Part shown: one piece after another, positions 54,788 through 64,000 of the stretch
How positions within the stretch are numbered: position 1 is the stretch's first letter
Layout: each line of letters starts with the position of its first letter
NCBI GenBank assembly: GCA_963741955.1
Contig: CAVUKB010000013.1
Coordinates: forward strand, 32,001 to 96,000
Source: an uncultured Acidobacteriota bacterium
GTDB lineage: Bacteria > Acidobacteriota > Thermoanaerobaculia > Gp7-AA8
Direction: 5' to 3'
DNA: 64,000 nucleotides
Notes under the pieces: generated by a model
Database searches by the model: none
Told to the model about the DNA's origin: nothing
Seen by the model: only the letters and a program-made list of their open reading frames with translations
Made by a program: the position numbers and the translations under genes

Positions 54788-54964
54788 GAAATATTCAGCT
54801 CCTTTTCAGTCGTGTGTCAGAACAATTTTCGTGCGTGGATACTCCGGTCTCGAGACACGAAAACCACAAGACAGGTGTGCGGGCGATTCGAGTGTACGAC
54901 GCGATTTCCAAAGCAGTCAAGAAAACTGCCCGACGATTTCCACTCCCTTCGCCTCCATCTTATA

Positions 54965-54986
54965 AACATAGTATTATCAATATGTT
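54965..54986. promoter_or_regulatory. Candidate operator in AT-rich recA promoter region
   Basis: AACATA-N10-TATGTT inverted repeat. Confidence 0.4.
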
Positions 54987-55152
54987 ACCGTGACACGCCG
55001 GGCCGTGAGATCCTGCTCGCCGAAGCCTCGGCGACCGGATTCTACACACCGTAGAATCGGAACGGGCCAAGCCTTTGCTTCTCTTTGCCGCAATCGGTCC
55101 TTGTCGAAGTATCGACGCTGCGGGATCATCGTTTGAAGCAGGAGTTGAAAGC

Positions 55153-55704
55153 ATGCGAAAGTCCGGAATCCTCTTCGTCCCATCACTCGTCGTCACGGCG
55201 TTTTTTCTCCTCGCCTGGAGTGGTTGTCAGAGTCAGGCTGCCACGACCCGAACAGCCGGAGGTACTGCGAACGTGGAACAGAAATCGGGACCCGAACTCG
55301 AGAGCTGGAGTCTGAAAGTCGACACCGCTGGCGGCATCACCGGACGCGGAATCGGCGGGATCGTCATCCAGTCGAACGGTGCGGCGACGACGACAGATCC
55401 TGCTTGCACGGGGACTCCGTCGAAGGACCAGCTCGAGAACCTCGCACAGACGATCCGTTACGCCAACCCCGCTTCCTGGCGTCCATCTTACGTGAGAGAA
55501 CAGAATCCGAAGGGATACGCGGATCAGATCGAGTACACCGTGACGCTGACGACGCAGCCGAAAGGGCAGCCCGCCAGCACTCACTCGGCGAAATGGTACG
55601 ACGAGAACGAAATGCAGATCCCCGGGGAGCTCCGAACACTGCGCGAAGAATCGTGGAAGCTGCGAAGCAACGTACTCGACAAGTGCAAACCGTCAGGTGC
55701 GTGA
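55153..55704 (+). CDS. Lipoprotein, emfourin (protealysin inhibitor)-like
   Basis: Signal peptide with lipobox WSGC; TAGGITG, ADQIEYTVTL, HSAKWYD, PGELRTL pattern; GGAG RBS. Confidence 0.55.
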   Translation: MRKSGILFVPSLVVTAFFLLAWSGCQSQAATTRTAGGTANVEQKSGPELESWSLKVDTAGGITGRGIGGIVIQSNGAATTTDPACTGTPSKDQLENLAQTIRYANPASWRPSYVREQNPKGYADQIEYTVTLTTQPKGQPASTHSAKWYDENEMQIPGELRTLREESWKLRSNVLDKCKPSGA

Positions 55705-56385
55705 TGCCTCTTCGCGCTCCGGCCGGTCGTTGCGGGAGTCGCGGCTCTCCTTTCTCTTCTCGATCAGCGGCCGCACCGCTCGAAGATCCGCGATGAACTT
55801 TTCGGTTTCCCGTCGCCGCGTTTCGTCATCCGGCGCACGCAGAAGCGACGATGGATGGACGGTCGCCATGACGTACGGCGCGAGATCCGAATCGATGATC
55901 TTTCCTCGATCTCTCGTCACCCGGAACTGCCGGCCGAGGAGCGCCTGAGCGGCCGTAGCGCCGAGGCAGACGATCACGGCAGGCCGCACCACGGCGATCT
56001 CCGCTTCCAGCCACGGGAGGCACGCCGTGATCTCGACCGAGCTCGGTTTCTTGTGGATCCGGCGCCTGCCACGCGGCTCCCACTTGAAGTGTTTGACCGT
56101 GTTCGTGACGTATACCTGCCTTCGATCGATCTCCGCTTCCTCGAGAGCTTTGTCGAGAATCCTCCCGGCGGGACCGACGAACGGATGTCCACTGAGGTCC
56201 TCCTGATCGCCCGGCTGCTCTCCGATCAGCATGACCGTGGATCCTTTACGACCTTCACCGAAAACGGTCTGAGACCCGCGCTTCCAGAGATCACACGCCT
56301 GGCAGGCGGCCGCAGCATCGCGCAACCGGGGAAGAGTCGGCCGTTTCGGGACGAGCGGAGCGGCAGTCTCCTGTTTCCGGGCCAT
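55693..56385 (-). CDS. UdgX family uracil-DNA glycosylase
   Basis: CQACDLW Fe-S cysteines, GEQPGDQED, R-loop KHFKWEPRGRRRIHKKP, HPSSLLR. Confidence 0.9.
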   Translation of the reverse strand: MARKQETAAPLVPKRPTLPRLRDAAAACQACDLWKRGSQTVFGEGRKGSTVMLIGEQPGDQEDLSGHPFVGPAGRILDKALEEAEIDRRQVYVTNTVKHFKWEPRGRRRIHKKPSSVEITACLPWLEAEIAVVRPAVIVCLGATAAQALLGRQFRVTRDRGKIIDSDLAPYVMATVHPSSLLRAPDDETRRRETEKFIADLRAVRPLIEKRKESRDSRNDRPEREEASRT

Positions 56386-56433
56386 GCCTGATCGACAAGC
56401 AGCAGCCGCGCCAGCACGACCGGAAGGATCGAG

Positions 56434-57234
56434 TCAGGCGTCGGCAGAGTCCGTGAAGGGACGTACCCGGACGCCGCTGCTCCGCTCCATCTCCCGCGCG
56501 ATGGCCACGACTTGCGCGGCGGGAGGAATTCGGAACGAGCCGGTATCAGACATGATCTGCCGGTCGCCACGAGTCGCAAGGGTCCATTCGCGTGGAGCAG
56601 GACGGATGGGGACGGTGAGGTGGACTTCGTCCGCTCCGAGGGATCCGATCAGCCGCGCGATCTCCTCCATCTTGCCGCTGTTCACCGGCAGAAGCATGGT
56701 CTGGATGATCAGCCGACCTTCGAATTCCTTCCGGAAAAGTCTCAGCCCGGCGATCACCCCCGCGAGGTCGAGATCGTCGACTGCGCGATGGATGCGAGAG
56801 AACGTCGCTTCATCCGCAGCGTCGATCTTGCAGGCCACTTCGTCCGCCAGCGCGAGCTCGCTCCGAACGGTCGGATTCTGGAGGAGAGAGCCGTTCGTCA
56901 GCACGAGCATCGTCTTCTTCGACCGTTGCCGGAGCTTCGAGATGACCTCGCCGAGATTCGACGCGAGCGTCGGTTCACCACTGCCGGAGAAAGTCACACG
57001 TTCGGCCGCTCGCCAGTTGCTCTCCTCGAAATCGTGCACGACCCGGCTGGTGTCTACGAACTTCTGCCGCTCCATGGTGGCGCTCTGAATCCTGCCGAGT
57101 TGGCAGTAGACACAGCGGAACGAACAGGCGGATGTCGAGTAGATCAGGTCGATGCCGAGCGAGTTGCCGAACCGCCGCGACGGAACCGGTCCGTAGACGG
57201 TTCGAAGCTGATCCGAAGGGAGTTGCTCACTCAT
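56434..57234 (-). CDS. Radical SAM protein (TYW1-like core family)
   Basis: YGPVPSRRFGNSLGID, CSFRCVYC, TFSGSGEPTL, VLTNGSL. Confidence 0.88.
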   Translation of the reverse strand: MSEQLPSDQLRTVYGPVPSRRFGNSLGIDLIYSTSACSFRCVYCQLGRIQSATMERQKFVDTSRVVHDFEESNWRAAERVTFSGSGEPTLASNLGEVISKLRQRSKKTMLVLTNGSLLQNPTVRSELALADEVACKIDAADEATFSRIHRAVDDLDLAGVIAGLRLFRKEFEGRLIIQTMLLPVNSGKMEEIARLIGSLGADEVHLTVPIRPAPREWTLATRGDRQIMSDTGSFRIPPAAQVVAIAREMERSSGVRVRPFTDSADA

Positions 57235-57253
57235 GACCACGACCTTTCCGGCC

Positions 57254-58087
57254 TCAGAACCCCGCGAGAAACCCGGCCGCGATGGCGATCACGAACATCG
57301 CTCCGTAGCCCACCTCGACGAATCCGAGCGCCTTCGGCATCACCGGTCTCCGTAGCGGCGAGAGTCCGGCTACTGCTCTTACCAGGAGAATCGCGAACGC
57401 CACGATGGCAGCGATCGAGCCCCATCCTGCAAGATAGATCCAGATTGCTCCGGCGAGGGCGACGATATGCGAAACGATGGGAGCGGCGAGCGACGCGCTC
57501 CGCTGGCGCTGCAGCCGGATTCGCGCACGAACGTACAGAACGGACGGAATGGATCGAAACGCGTAGAGCGCCCACAACGCAATTGCGAATCCCGGATCTC
57601 CCCCGGCAGCGAGGATCATCGTGGCGAGTGTGGCTCCTGCGGCGACCGGACTGAGAATCTCCGGAATCGCGGAGCGGCCGCTGGTCCGCAGGTCGTACCA
57701 CAGTTGCACCAGGCCGAAAGGAACGGCGGCCGCGATCGGAATCATCGCGCGAGGCCCGCTCAGAAGAAATCCGCCCGCCAGCAGAAGAGCCGCTGAAGAT
57801 CCATAGATCGCGACGAACGCGCGTGCCGCACCGGTGCGTGGAACCTCTCGATGATGCTGAACGTCGGAAGACCAGATCCGGAGCGGAGCACGGAACAGGA
57901 AGGCTGCAACCGCGGCGAGTCCGATCATCGCGCCGCCCCACGAAGGAGCGATCAGCAGCCCGAGGACCAGCGGCTCGATCACGAATCCCCATCCTCCATG
58001 TTCGACGGGAATCGCGACTGCCCGCAACCGAACGCCTTCGAACGGTCGCCGGAACCCGCGGGATGTCACTTCGTGATCGCGTTTCAT
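57254..58087 (-). CDS. YwiC-like membrane protein
   Basis: IPVEHGGW motif, multiple transmembrane segments, KALGFVE near the C-terminus; GGAGAGG upstream of ATG 58087. Confidence 0.7.
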   Translation of the reverse strand: MKRDHEVTSRGFRRPFEGVRLRAVAIPVEHGGWGFVIEPLVLGLLIAPSWGGAMIGLAAVAAFLFRAPLRIWSSDVQHHREVPRTGAARAFVAIYGSSAALLLAGGFLLSGPRAMIPIAAAVPFGLVQLWYDLRTSGRSAIPEILSPVAAGATLATMILAAGGDPGFAIALWALYAFRSIPSVLYVRARIRLQRQRSASLAAPIVSHIVALAGAIWIYLAGWGSIAAIVAFAILLVRAVAGLSPLRRPVMPKALGFVEVGYGAMFVIAIAAGFLAGF

Positions 58088-58154
58088 GGTCAGGACGTGC
58101 CTCTCCTTCCACGGCAATTCTCGAACTCTCTGCGCCTGGGCGGCGAGGACCAAA

Positions 58155-58172
58155 GTCACAGTAATCTGTGAC
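58155..58172. promoter_or_regulatory. Palindromic operator candidate in divergent promoter region
   Basis: GTCACAG-TAAT-CTGTGAC perfect inverted repeat. Confidence 0.5.
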
Positions 58173-58203
58173 CCGGCGACCCGCGCCGGGCTACCATTGC
58201 CCG

Positions 58204-58872
58204 GTGAGCACGCTCCTGAGCGATTACGCTCTCGCCCTTCTCGCGGCGATTCTTGCGTCTCGACTCCTTCGAACGGTCGCGGACGACTCTATGGGACGAG
58301 CCCGGCAGGCCTGGGCCCTCGCGCTTGCCGCGACCGCAGCCGGAGCGCTTCTCGGCGGGACGTATCACGGGTTCGAGGACTCACTCGCTCCACTCGCGGC
58401 GATGATCCTCTGGAAATCGACCACGTTGATGATCGGAGCCGCGAGTCTCGCACTGGTGTGCGGAGCAGTCGACGCGACGATGATCGGAAGCGCGAGAGTA
58501 CGAAGCCTCGGGATCGCCACCGGTCTGTACGTCCTCTATGCGGCGTGGATGCTCTTTCACGATGAGTACGTCTGGGTCATCGCAGCGTACGGCACCGGTC
58601 TCGTGGTCGTGCTCGTTCTTCTCGGCTTCGCTGGAGCGAGCCTGCACCGGGCGCGGCGCCTCTTCGTCTGGAGCGTGGTCATCTCGATCGTTGCCGCGGG
58701 GGTCCAACAGCTGGAGCTGGGCCTCTCCCGCTTCATCAACCATAACGACGTGTATCACCTAGTTCAGATGGCGGCGCTCTATTTCCTGTACCGGGCCGGC
58801 AGATCGCTCACCGTGGAGCCGCAGACCACGACCCCCGCGAAGCTCGTGACGACAGAGCGAAGGGCGTCCTGA
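58204..58872 (+). CDS. DUF6962-like integral membrane protein
   Basis: TLLSDY, GGTYHGF, NHNDVYHLVQM motifs; about 7 transmembrane segments; GTG start 6 nt after TACCAT. Confidence 0.6.
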   Translation: MSTLLSDYALALLAAILASRLLRTVADDSMGRARQAWALALAATAAGALLGGTYHGFEDSLAPLAAMILWKSTTLMIGAASLALVCGAVDATMIGSARVRSLGIATGLYVLYAAWMLFHDEYVWVIAAYGTGLVVVLVLLGFAGASLHRARRLFVWSVVISIVAAGVQQLELGLSRFINHNDVYHLVQMAALYFLYRAGRSLTVEPQTTTPAKLVTTERRAS

Positions 58873-58902
58873 GACGCCCTTTCGGCAATTCGAGCGAAGA
58901 GG

Positions 58903-59925
58903 TCATCTCGATTCGTGCGAAGGATGATCTTTCACGAGATTGCGGACGACGTTCCCGGGGATCGTGCCCTGAAGGCTGACCGAGTCCCCCCGACTCTGCA
59001 CTTCGAATCCGCGAATCGCAGCGACCAGCTCCGGTGACTTCTCCTGAGCCGCGAGTCTCCATGCCGACAGCATTCCTCTGACCGTGTCCTCGAGCAGCTG
59101 CGATGTCTCGGAATCGCGCGTTCTCGCGGAAGCGCCGAAGCGCAGATCGTCCGAATCGGTCGCGGTCCAGAGTGCGAACGACGAGACATTCTTCAGCGAA
59201 GACTGCAGATTTCCGTCTCCTCGCGACCGCATGGCGTGGGATGGTCCTCCCATCCGGGACGCGCGTGCGAGATCGATCAGAACCCACGCCGACGCTGCGC
59301 GATCGATCCGCGGAAGCTCGGCCCCCAGAATCCCGCGGGTGCTGAAGCTCGTCCCGCCGCTGGTGAACGCCTGCATCGCAGCGGTGACGGCACTCTCGGA
59401 TCCGATCACTGCGAAACGTCCGCTGAGGAGTGCCACGGCACCGGGGTGATCTCCGATCTCCGCGTCAGCCCCGTGCTCGTTCCGGACGAGGTAGTAAACG
59501 CCGTTCTCGTTCTTCTGGACCAGCGCGCCGCGGTTCGCCATTGCGCTGCCGAAGCGCGTCGAGTCGAACTTTCCCTGAACGATGACCAGGCCATCGGAGG
59601 CATCTTCGGATACGAGGTTGCCTGGACGGGCAGCGAAGACGATGAGTTTCACGTCGCGGTCGATGTCGATCCCGGCATCGGAGAGGAAGAGCGCGGCATC
59701 GCCGTCGACGGTCATGTGGTTCGTCTCGGAGAACAGCCGTGAGAAGAGAGGACTCTTCTTCAGCTCACCGATGCGGACCATACCCACCGTCGCCGCGTCG
59801 GCGGGAACCAGAGCAAGAGGATCCGATACGGCCGCGCTCGCGGTGGATGCCCCGGCACCCGACAGCGAAAGTACGGCCGCGACGGCCCCGGCGGAGAGCA
59901 GAAGGCGAAACGATCTCGGAATCAT
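58903..59925 (-). CDS. Secreted hypothetical protein (DUF3352-like) in the ABC operon
   Basis: Signal peptide then PLALVPADA; AGGAG RBS inside the permease 3' end. Confidence 0.65.
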   Translation of the reverse strand: MIPRSFRLLLSAGAVAAVLSLSGAGASTASAAVSDPLALVPADAATVGMVRIGELKKSPLFSRLFSETNHMTVDGDAALFLSDAGIDIDRDVKLIVFAARPGNLVSEDASDGLVIVQGKFDSTRFGSAMANRGALVQKNENGVYYLVRNEHGADAEIGDHPGAVALLSGRFAVIGSESAVTAAMQAFTSGGTSFSTRGILGAELPRIDRAASAWVLIDLARASRMGGPSHAMRSRGDGNLQSSLKNVSSFALWTATDSDDLRFGASARTRDSETSQLLEDTVRGMLSAWRLAAQEKSPELVAAIRGFEVQSRGDSVSLQGTIPGNVVRNLVKDHPSHESR

Positions 59926-59927
59926 GT

Positions 59928-60782
59928 TCAGAACTCCTTTCGGCTGAAAAGCCAGGACGCAAGAAAGAGACAGACCGCTCCGAAGAGCGCCGTGCTCACG
60001 AATGGTGACCAACTGAACGGCTGCAGCCGGGAGAACGGCCCTTCGCCGCCGGAAACGAGAGCGAAGACGTCTTTCCCGATCTCCGGCGTCTTCGGAAACA
60101 CGACGTACATGAGGTGAACCAGGGTTGCGCGCCACTGCGTCGCGATCGCGGCTTCGAACTTGTCGTGTGCCGCGAGAACGCTGGAGATCAACAGGATCGA
60201 GAAGGTCGACATGATCGAGACCGCAGTGGAGGAAGTGACCACTCCGATCAGGAACGTGAACGCGAGCAGGACCGCGACCACGAAGAGGATCAATACGACG
60301 CTCAAGAGAAACTGCGGATGGACGACGTGGGTCTTCCAGATCACGATGAGCCATACCGCACCGAGGAGATAGATCACGTTCGTTGCGGCGAGAAGAAGTC
60401 CGGCCACGTAGCGCGAGATGAGGAGCTGCGTCCTTCCGACCGGTCGCGACAGATAGAGGTCGATAGTGCCCTTGTCCTGCAGTCGCGGCACGAGATGCGC
60501 GGTCGCGAAGATGGCGAGGAAGATCCCCACCGCATACAGAATCGCCGCAAATCCGGTCTCGAAGCCGAGCACGAGCTGATCGACGTCGACCGAGTTGCCC
60601 GACATATGAACGGACTGTCCGAAGAGCTTTGCCCCGGCGAGCGCACCGTTGACGATGTCGAGGTTCACCGCCGCCGCGAAGATCAGTACGAAGATCGTGG
60701 AGAGGACGAAATACGCGATGAGCGTCCAGCGTGCAGCTGCCTCGCGAAACACGTCTTCGATGCTTGCCGCCAGCGCCCTCAT
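59928..60782 (-). CDS. ABC-2 type transporter permease
   Basis: GTIDLYLSRPVGRTQLLISRY motif, about 6 transmembrane segments, FSRKEF C-terminus. Confidence 0.88.
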   Translation of the reverse strand: MRALAASIEDVFREAAARWTLIAYFVLSTIFVLIFAAAVNLDIVNGALAGAKLFGQSVHMSGNSVDVDQLVLGFETGFAAILYAVGIFLAIFATAHLVPRLQDKGTIDLYLSRPVGRTQLLISRYVAGLLLAATNVIYLLGAVWLIVIWKTHVVHPQFLLSVVLILFVVAVLLAFTFLIGVVTSSTAVSIMSTFSILLISSVLAAHDKFEAAIATQWRATLVHLMYVVFPKTPEIGKDVFALVSGGEGPFSRLQPFSWSPFVSTALFGAVCLFLASWLFSRKEF

Positions 60783-61753
60783 CGTCTCTCCTCCTGTGGC
60801 GCTCCCGCCTGCTCGACCGCTTCCGATCCTTCCATTTTGATCAGCCCGACGAAGACGTCCTCCAGCGAGGAGCGGATCGGAGCGAGCTCGGAGAGAGCCA
60901 CGCCGGCCGAGCGGGCCTGGTCGATCAGTTGGTTCAGATGCGGTACGTCGCGCACGGACAGCTCCAGATGGCCGTTGCTTCTTTCGACCGAAGCTCCGGT
61001 CGCGATGAATCCATCGAGAAGTGAATCGGAGATCGGAGACGCGACCATCCTGTACTTCGACTCGCGGCGGGTGAGCTCGTCGATGCGTCCCAGAGCCGCG
61101 ATCTTTCCTTTTCGGAGAACGGCAACGCGATCACACGTAAGTTCGATCTCTGAAAGTAAATGAGAATTCAGAAATATGGCCCGCCCTCGATCCGCTTCAC
61201 CCCTCAGGATGTCGCGGATCTCGCGACGGCCGACCGGGTCGACTCCGTCAGTCGGCTCGTCCAGCAGAAGTACGGCGGGATCGTGTACCAGGGCGCAGGC
61301 GAGTCCCAGCCGCTGGGTCATTCCTTTCGAAAACTTCTTCACCCGCACATCCGACCACTCCGCGAGTCCTACCCGCTTCAGAAGTGCGGGAACGCGGTTT
61401 TCGATCGCGCCGGCCCCCATCCCGGACATCCGCCCGAAGATCCGAAGAGTCTGGCGCGCGGTCAGATAGCCTGGAAAACGGTGGCCTTCCGGAAGATAGC
61501 CGACCGGAAGCCGGCTCTCGGGGCGACGGCTCGATGTGCCGAGAAGGAATGCGTCCCCTTCGGTCGCCCGGGTCAGGTCGAGCAGAACCTTGACCGTGGT
61601 CGTCTTCCCCGCACCATTCGGACCGAGGAGTCCGAAGATCTCCCCCGCAGGGACGGTAAAGTCGATTCCATCGAGAGCGACCACGCGCCGTCGTGAACCG
61701 AAGGCGGTGAAGATCTTTCGAAGCGCCCGAACTTCGATTGCAGGAGTTTCCAT
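60779..61753 (-). CDS. ABC transporter ATP-binding protein
   Basis: GPNGAGKTT, FSKGMTQR, LLDEPTDG, NSHLLSE. Confidence 0.95.
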   Translation of the reverse strand: METPAIEVRALRKIFTAFGSRRRVVALDGIDFTVPAGEIFGLLGPNGAGKTTTVKVLLDLTRATEGDAFLLGTSSRRPESRLPVGYLPEGHRFPGYLTARQTLRIFGRMSGMGAGAIENRVPALLKRVGLAEWSDVRVKKFSKGMTQRLGLACALVHDPAVLLLDEPTDGVDPVGRREIRDILRGEADRGRAIFLNSHLLSEIELTCDRVAVLRKGKIAALGRIDELTRRESKYRMVASPISDSLLDGFIATGASVERSNGHLELSVRDVPHLNQLIDQARSAGVALSELAPIRSSLEDVFVGLIKMEGSEAVEQAGAPQEERR

Positions 61754-61821
61754 ACCGTCCCTAACTTACGTTGTCTCACGGGGAAAGTTTAAGCTCGGTG
61801 GAACTCGGACATCCGGGGGTC

Positions 61822-61837
61822 TGGAACCGAACTCGCA
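61822..61837 (+). promoter_or_regulatory. Candidate sigma54 promoter
   Basis: TGGAAC-CGAAC-TCGCA (GG-N10-GC) upstream of the GGAGGAG RBS and ATG 61860. Confidence 0.4.
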
Positions 61838-61859
61838 GTTCGTTCGGACCGGAGGAGAA

Positions 61860-62510
61860 ATGCGCTTCAGAGATCGGCGAGACGCGGGCCGGCGCCTCGC
61901 TCCGCTCCTGAAAGATTACGCAGGACGCGAGGACGTGGTGGTGCTCGCCCTACCCCGGGGCGGCGTCCCGGTAGGATACGAGATCGCCAGGAGCCTCGGC
62001 GTCCGCCTGGAGGTCTTCCTCGTGAGGAAGCTCGGTGTGCCCGGACAGGAGGAGCTCGCGATGGGGGCGATTGCGAGCGGCGCCGTCCGGGTGCTCAGCA
62101 GCGACCTGGTGGCGGCCCTTGGCATCTCTGCGGAGATGATCGAGAGCGTTGCGCGTCGGGAGGAGGCCGAGCTCACCCGCCGCGAGAAGGCCTACCGCGG
62201 CGATCGCGAGCCGGTGCAGATCGAGGGGAAGGTCACCGTACTCGTCGACGACGGGCTCGCGACCGGATCGTCGATGAGAGCCGCAGTGCGTGCGGTACGG
62301 AAACTCGCTCCGTCTCGCATCGTCGTCGCCGTCCCCGTCGGCGCGCCGTCCACATGCTCCGATCTGCGGGAGGAGGCAGACGAGGTCGTCTGCGCGTACA
62401 CCCCGGAACCGTTCCAGGCCGTCGGCCTCTGGTACGAGGACTTCACCCAGACCACCGACGCCGAGGTACGCGAGCTCCTCGACGGCTCACGGACGGCGAG
62501 TGCCGGATGA
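61860..62510 (+). CDS. Phosphoribosyltransferase family protein
   Basis: FRDRRDAGRRLA, LALPRGGVPV, VLVDDGLATGSS PRPP loop. Confidence 0.9.
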   Translation: MRFRDRRDAGRRLAPLLKDYAGREDVVVLALPRGGVPVGYEIARSLGVRLEVFLVRKLGVPGQEELAMGAIASGAVRVLSSDLVAALGISAEMIESVARREEAELTRREKAYRGDREPVQIEGKVTVLVDDGLATGSSMRAAVRAVRKLAPSRIVVAVPVGAPSTCSDLREEADEVVCAYTPEPFQAVGLWYEDFTQTTDAEVRELLDGSRTASAG

Positions 62511-62538
62511 CGGGAAATCTGAACGAAGGAGAAGAACG

Positions 62539-63198
62539 ATGCCCGACGAGAGCGAAGTCGAATCGAACGTGGTGAGAGTGGACGCCCGCGGTGTCCAGCT
62601 CGAAGGGAATCTCGCTCTTCCAGTCGATGCAGACGGCGTCGTTCTGTTCGCCCATGGAAGCGGCAGCAGCCGTCACAGTCCGCGAAATCGACAGGTCGCG
62701 GAGGTGCTGAATCGCGCCGGCGTCGGAACGCTGCTGATCGACCTTCTCACGGCCGATGAGGAATCGGTCGACAATCGAACGGCGCAGCTCAGGTTCGACA
62801 TCCGCCTTCTGGCCGAACGGCTCATCGGCGCGACGGAATGGCTCCGTGACCTTCCCGAGACGAAAGAGATGTCGATCGGATATTTTGGTGCGAGCACCGG
62901 TGGTGGAGCCGCGCTCGTCGCTTCATCGAACCGGAAAGACATCGCGGCGATCGTCTCGCGCGGGGGGCGCCCCGATCTCGCCGGCCAGGCGCTCCCGTTC
63001 GTCGAGGCTCCCACTCTGTTGATCGTCGGAGGCCTGGACGGCCCGGTGATCGAGATGAACCGGGAGGCGTACGAGCTGCTCCAGTGCGAAAAGCGGATGG
63101 AGATCGTCCCCGGCGCAACGCATCTCTTCGAGGAGGAAGGGAAGCTCGAGCGGGTGGCCGAGCTGGCCCGCGACTGGTTCACCGGCCACTTCTGCTGA
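62539..63198 (+). CDS. Dienelactone hydrolase-like alpha/beta hydrolase
   Basis: FAHGSGSSRHSPRN, YFGASTGG, SRGGRPDLA, PGATHLFEE. Confidence 0.88.
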   Translation: MPDESEVESNVVRVDARGVQLEGNLALPVDADGVVLFAHGSGSSRHSPRNRQVAEVLNRAGVGTLLIDLLTADEESVDNRTAQLRFDIRLLAERLIGATEWLRDLPETKEMSIGYFGASTGGGAALVASSNRKDIAAIVSRGGRPDLAGQALPFVEAPTLLIVGGLDGPVIEMNREAYELLQCEKRMEIVPGATHLFEEEGKLERVAELARDWFTGHFC

Positions 63199-63212
63199 CG
63201 AGCTTAATCGAT

Positions 63213-63241
63213 ATAGATGCTATATGACGCATCTATTTATT
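63213..63241 (+). terminator. AT-rich hairpin (terminator or operator) between convergent genes
   Basis: ATAGATGC-tatatgac-GCATCTAT followed by TTATT. Confidence 0.45.
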
Positions 63242-63280
63242 ACGCGTTAATACAAGCACGTAGTCCTGTCCCGTTGCAGA

Positions 63281-64000
63281 TCAACGGCCGCTCTTGCCGC
63301 GCGGCTTCGTCTTCGCGGGCAGTTCCGGCCGTTCGGAAGCCTCGGTGACATGGTGAAGCCGAAGGCGGTTGTGAACTTCGACCACTCCGGAGACGGTGTC
63401 CACGAGGTCTTCCGCGAGGCGCTTCGAGTAACGGTCCTGAACGGAGCCTTCGAGGGTCACCTCTCCATTTTCGACCCGCACCTCGAAACCGCTTGCGTCC
63501 AGACGGCCGTCGCGCGTGAGCCGCTCGCAGACGTCCTCGTAGATCCGGTCGTCACCTCGCCGGTAGCCCTGCGGTCCGCGTCCACTGTGTCGTCCGGGGA
63601 CGGGATGTGCGACCGGGCGGCTCTCCATCGGTGAACCATACCGCCGTGCGCCCCGACGTCGCGGGAGATACGTTGCATCATCGTAGCGGTTCACCGTCTC
63701 TGCGGCGTCGATCGGACGCCGCGCGGAAGTTCCGCCGGAACTGTCGGCGTGTGAGGACATGTTCTGCCACGGCGTTGCCCACTCGCCTCCGGGAGTCGTC
63801 CTCCCGGTGACCGCATCCCATCCGGGCTCGGTGGTGGTGAAACCTCCCGAGCCGCCGTACCGCCGCCCGTACTCCGACTCGTCATCGCGCGAGGGTCGTG
63901 CGAGCGTCCTCCGGCGCGGTTCGGAAGGGCCGTATTCGTCATACGGCAAAGGAACCACGCGACGCGAGGGTTCCCACTCTCGCTCATCGCGCTCCTCTTC
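63281..64000 (-). CDS. BON domain-containing protein (5' truncated by window edge)
   Basis: GRGPQGYRRGDDRIYEDVCERL...VENGEVTLEGSV...GVVEVHNRL; frame is open to position 64000. Confidence 0.85.
   Translation of the reverse strand, partial: EEERDEREWEPSRRVVPLPYDEYGPSEPRRRTLARPSRDDESEYGRRYGGSGGFTTTEPGWDAVTGRTTPGGEWATPWQNMSSHADSSGGTSARRPIDAAETVNRYDDATYLPRRRGARRYGSPMESRPVAHPVPGRHSGRGPQGYRRGDDRIYEDVCERLTRDGRLDASGFEVRVENGEVTLEGSVQDRYSKRLAEDLVDTVSGVVEVHNRLRLHHVTEASERPELPAKTKPRGKSGR

Overview
GC-rich bacterial chromosomal window spanning the replication origin. The gene order parA-parB-bactofilin followed by atpF'FHAGDC with atpB/atpE elsewhere suggests Acidobacteriota or a related lineage, but this is inference only. 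The core is the canonical oriC block: rpmH-rnpA-yidD-yidC-jag-mnmE-mnmG-rsmG-parA-parB leftward and dnaA-[oriC]-dnaN-recF-gyrB-gyrA rightward. Housekeeping genes include the uvrA 3' end, guaD, mdh, metX, topA, rng, hslVU, recA and tRNA-Asn. The most unusual element is a non-coding tandem array of five 458-459 bp units (485-~2800) between convergent uvrA and SDR genes. Each unit has an invariant multi-hairpin REP-like core and a mosaic variable half, and the array is preceded by an AT-rich leader with a promoter-like motif. No transposase or cas gene is present in the window. Other notable items: mnmE lacks a canonical start and is in frame behind the jag stop codon; parS sites sit exactly at gene junctions; a sensor-less histidine pseudokinase is coupled to a sigma54 activator; an ATP-dependent DNA ligase is internally deleted; there is a candidate rod-shaped ncRNA, an emfourin-like lipoprotein, and several candidate sigma54 and leaderless promoters. 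All calls come from reading the sequence; no database searches were run.
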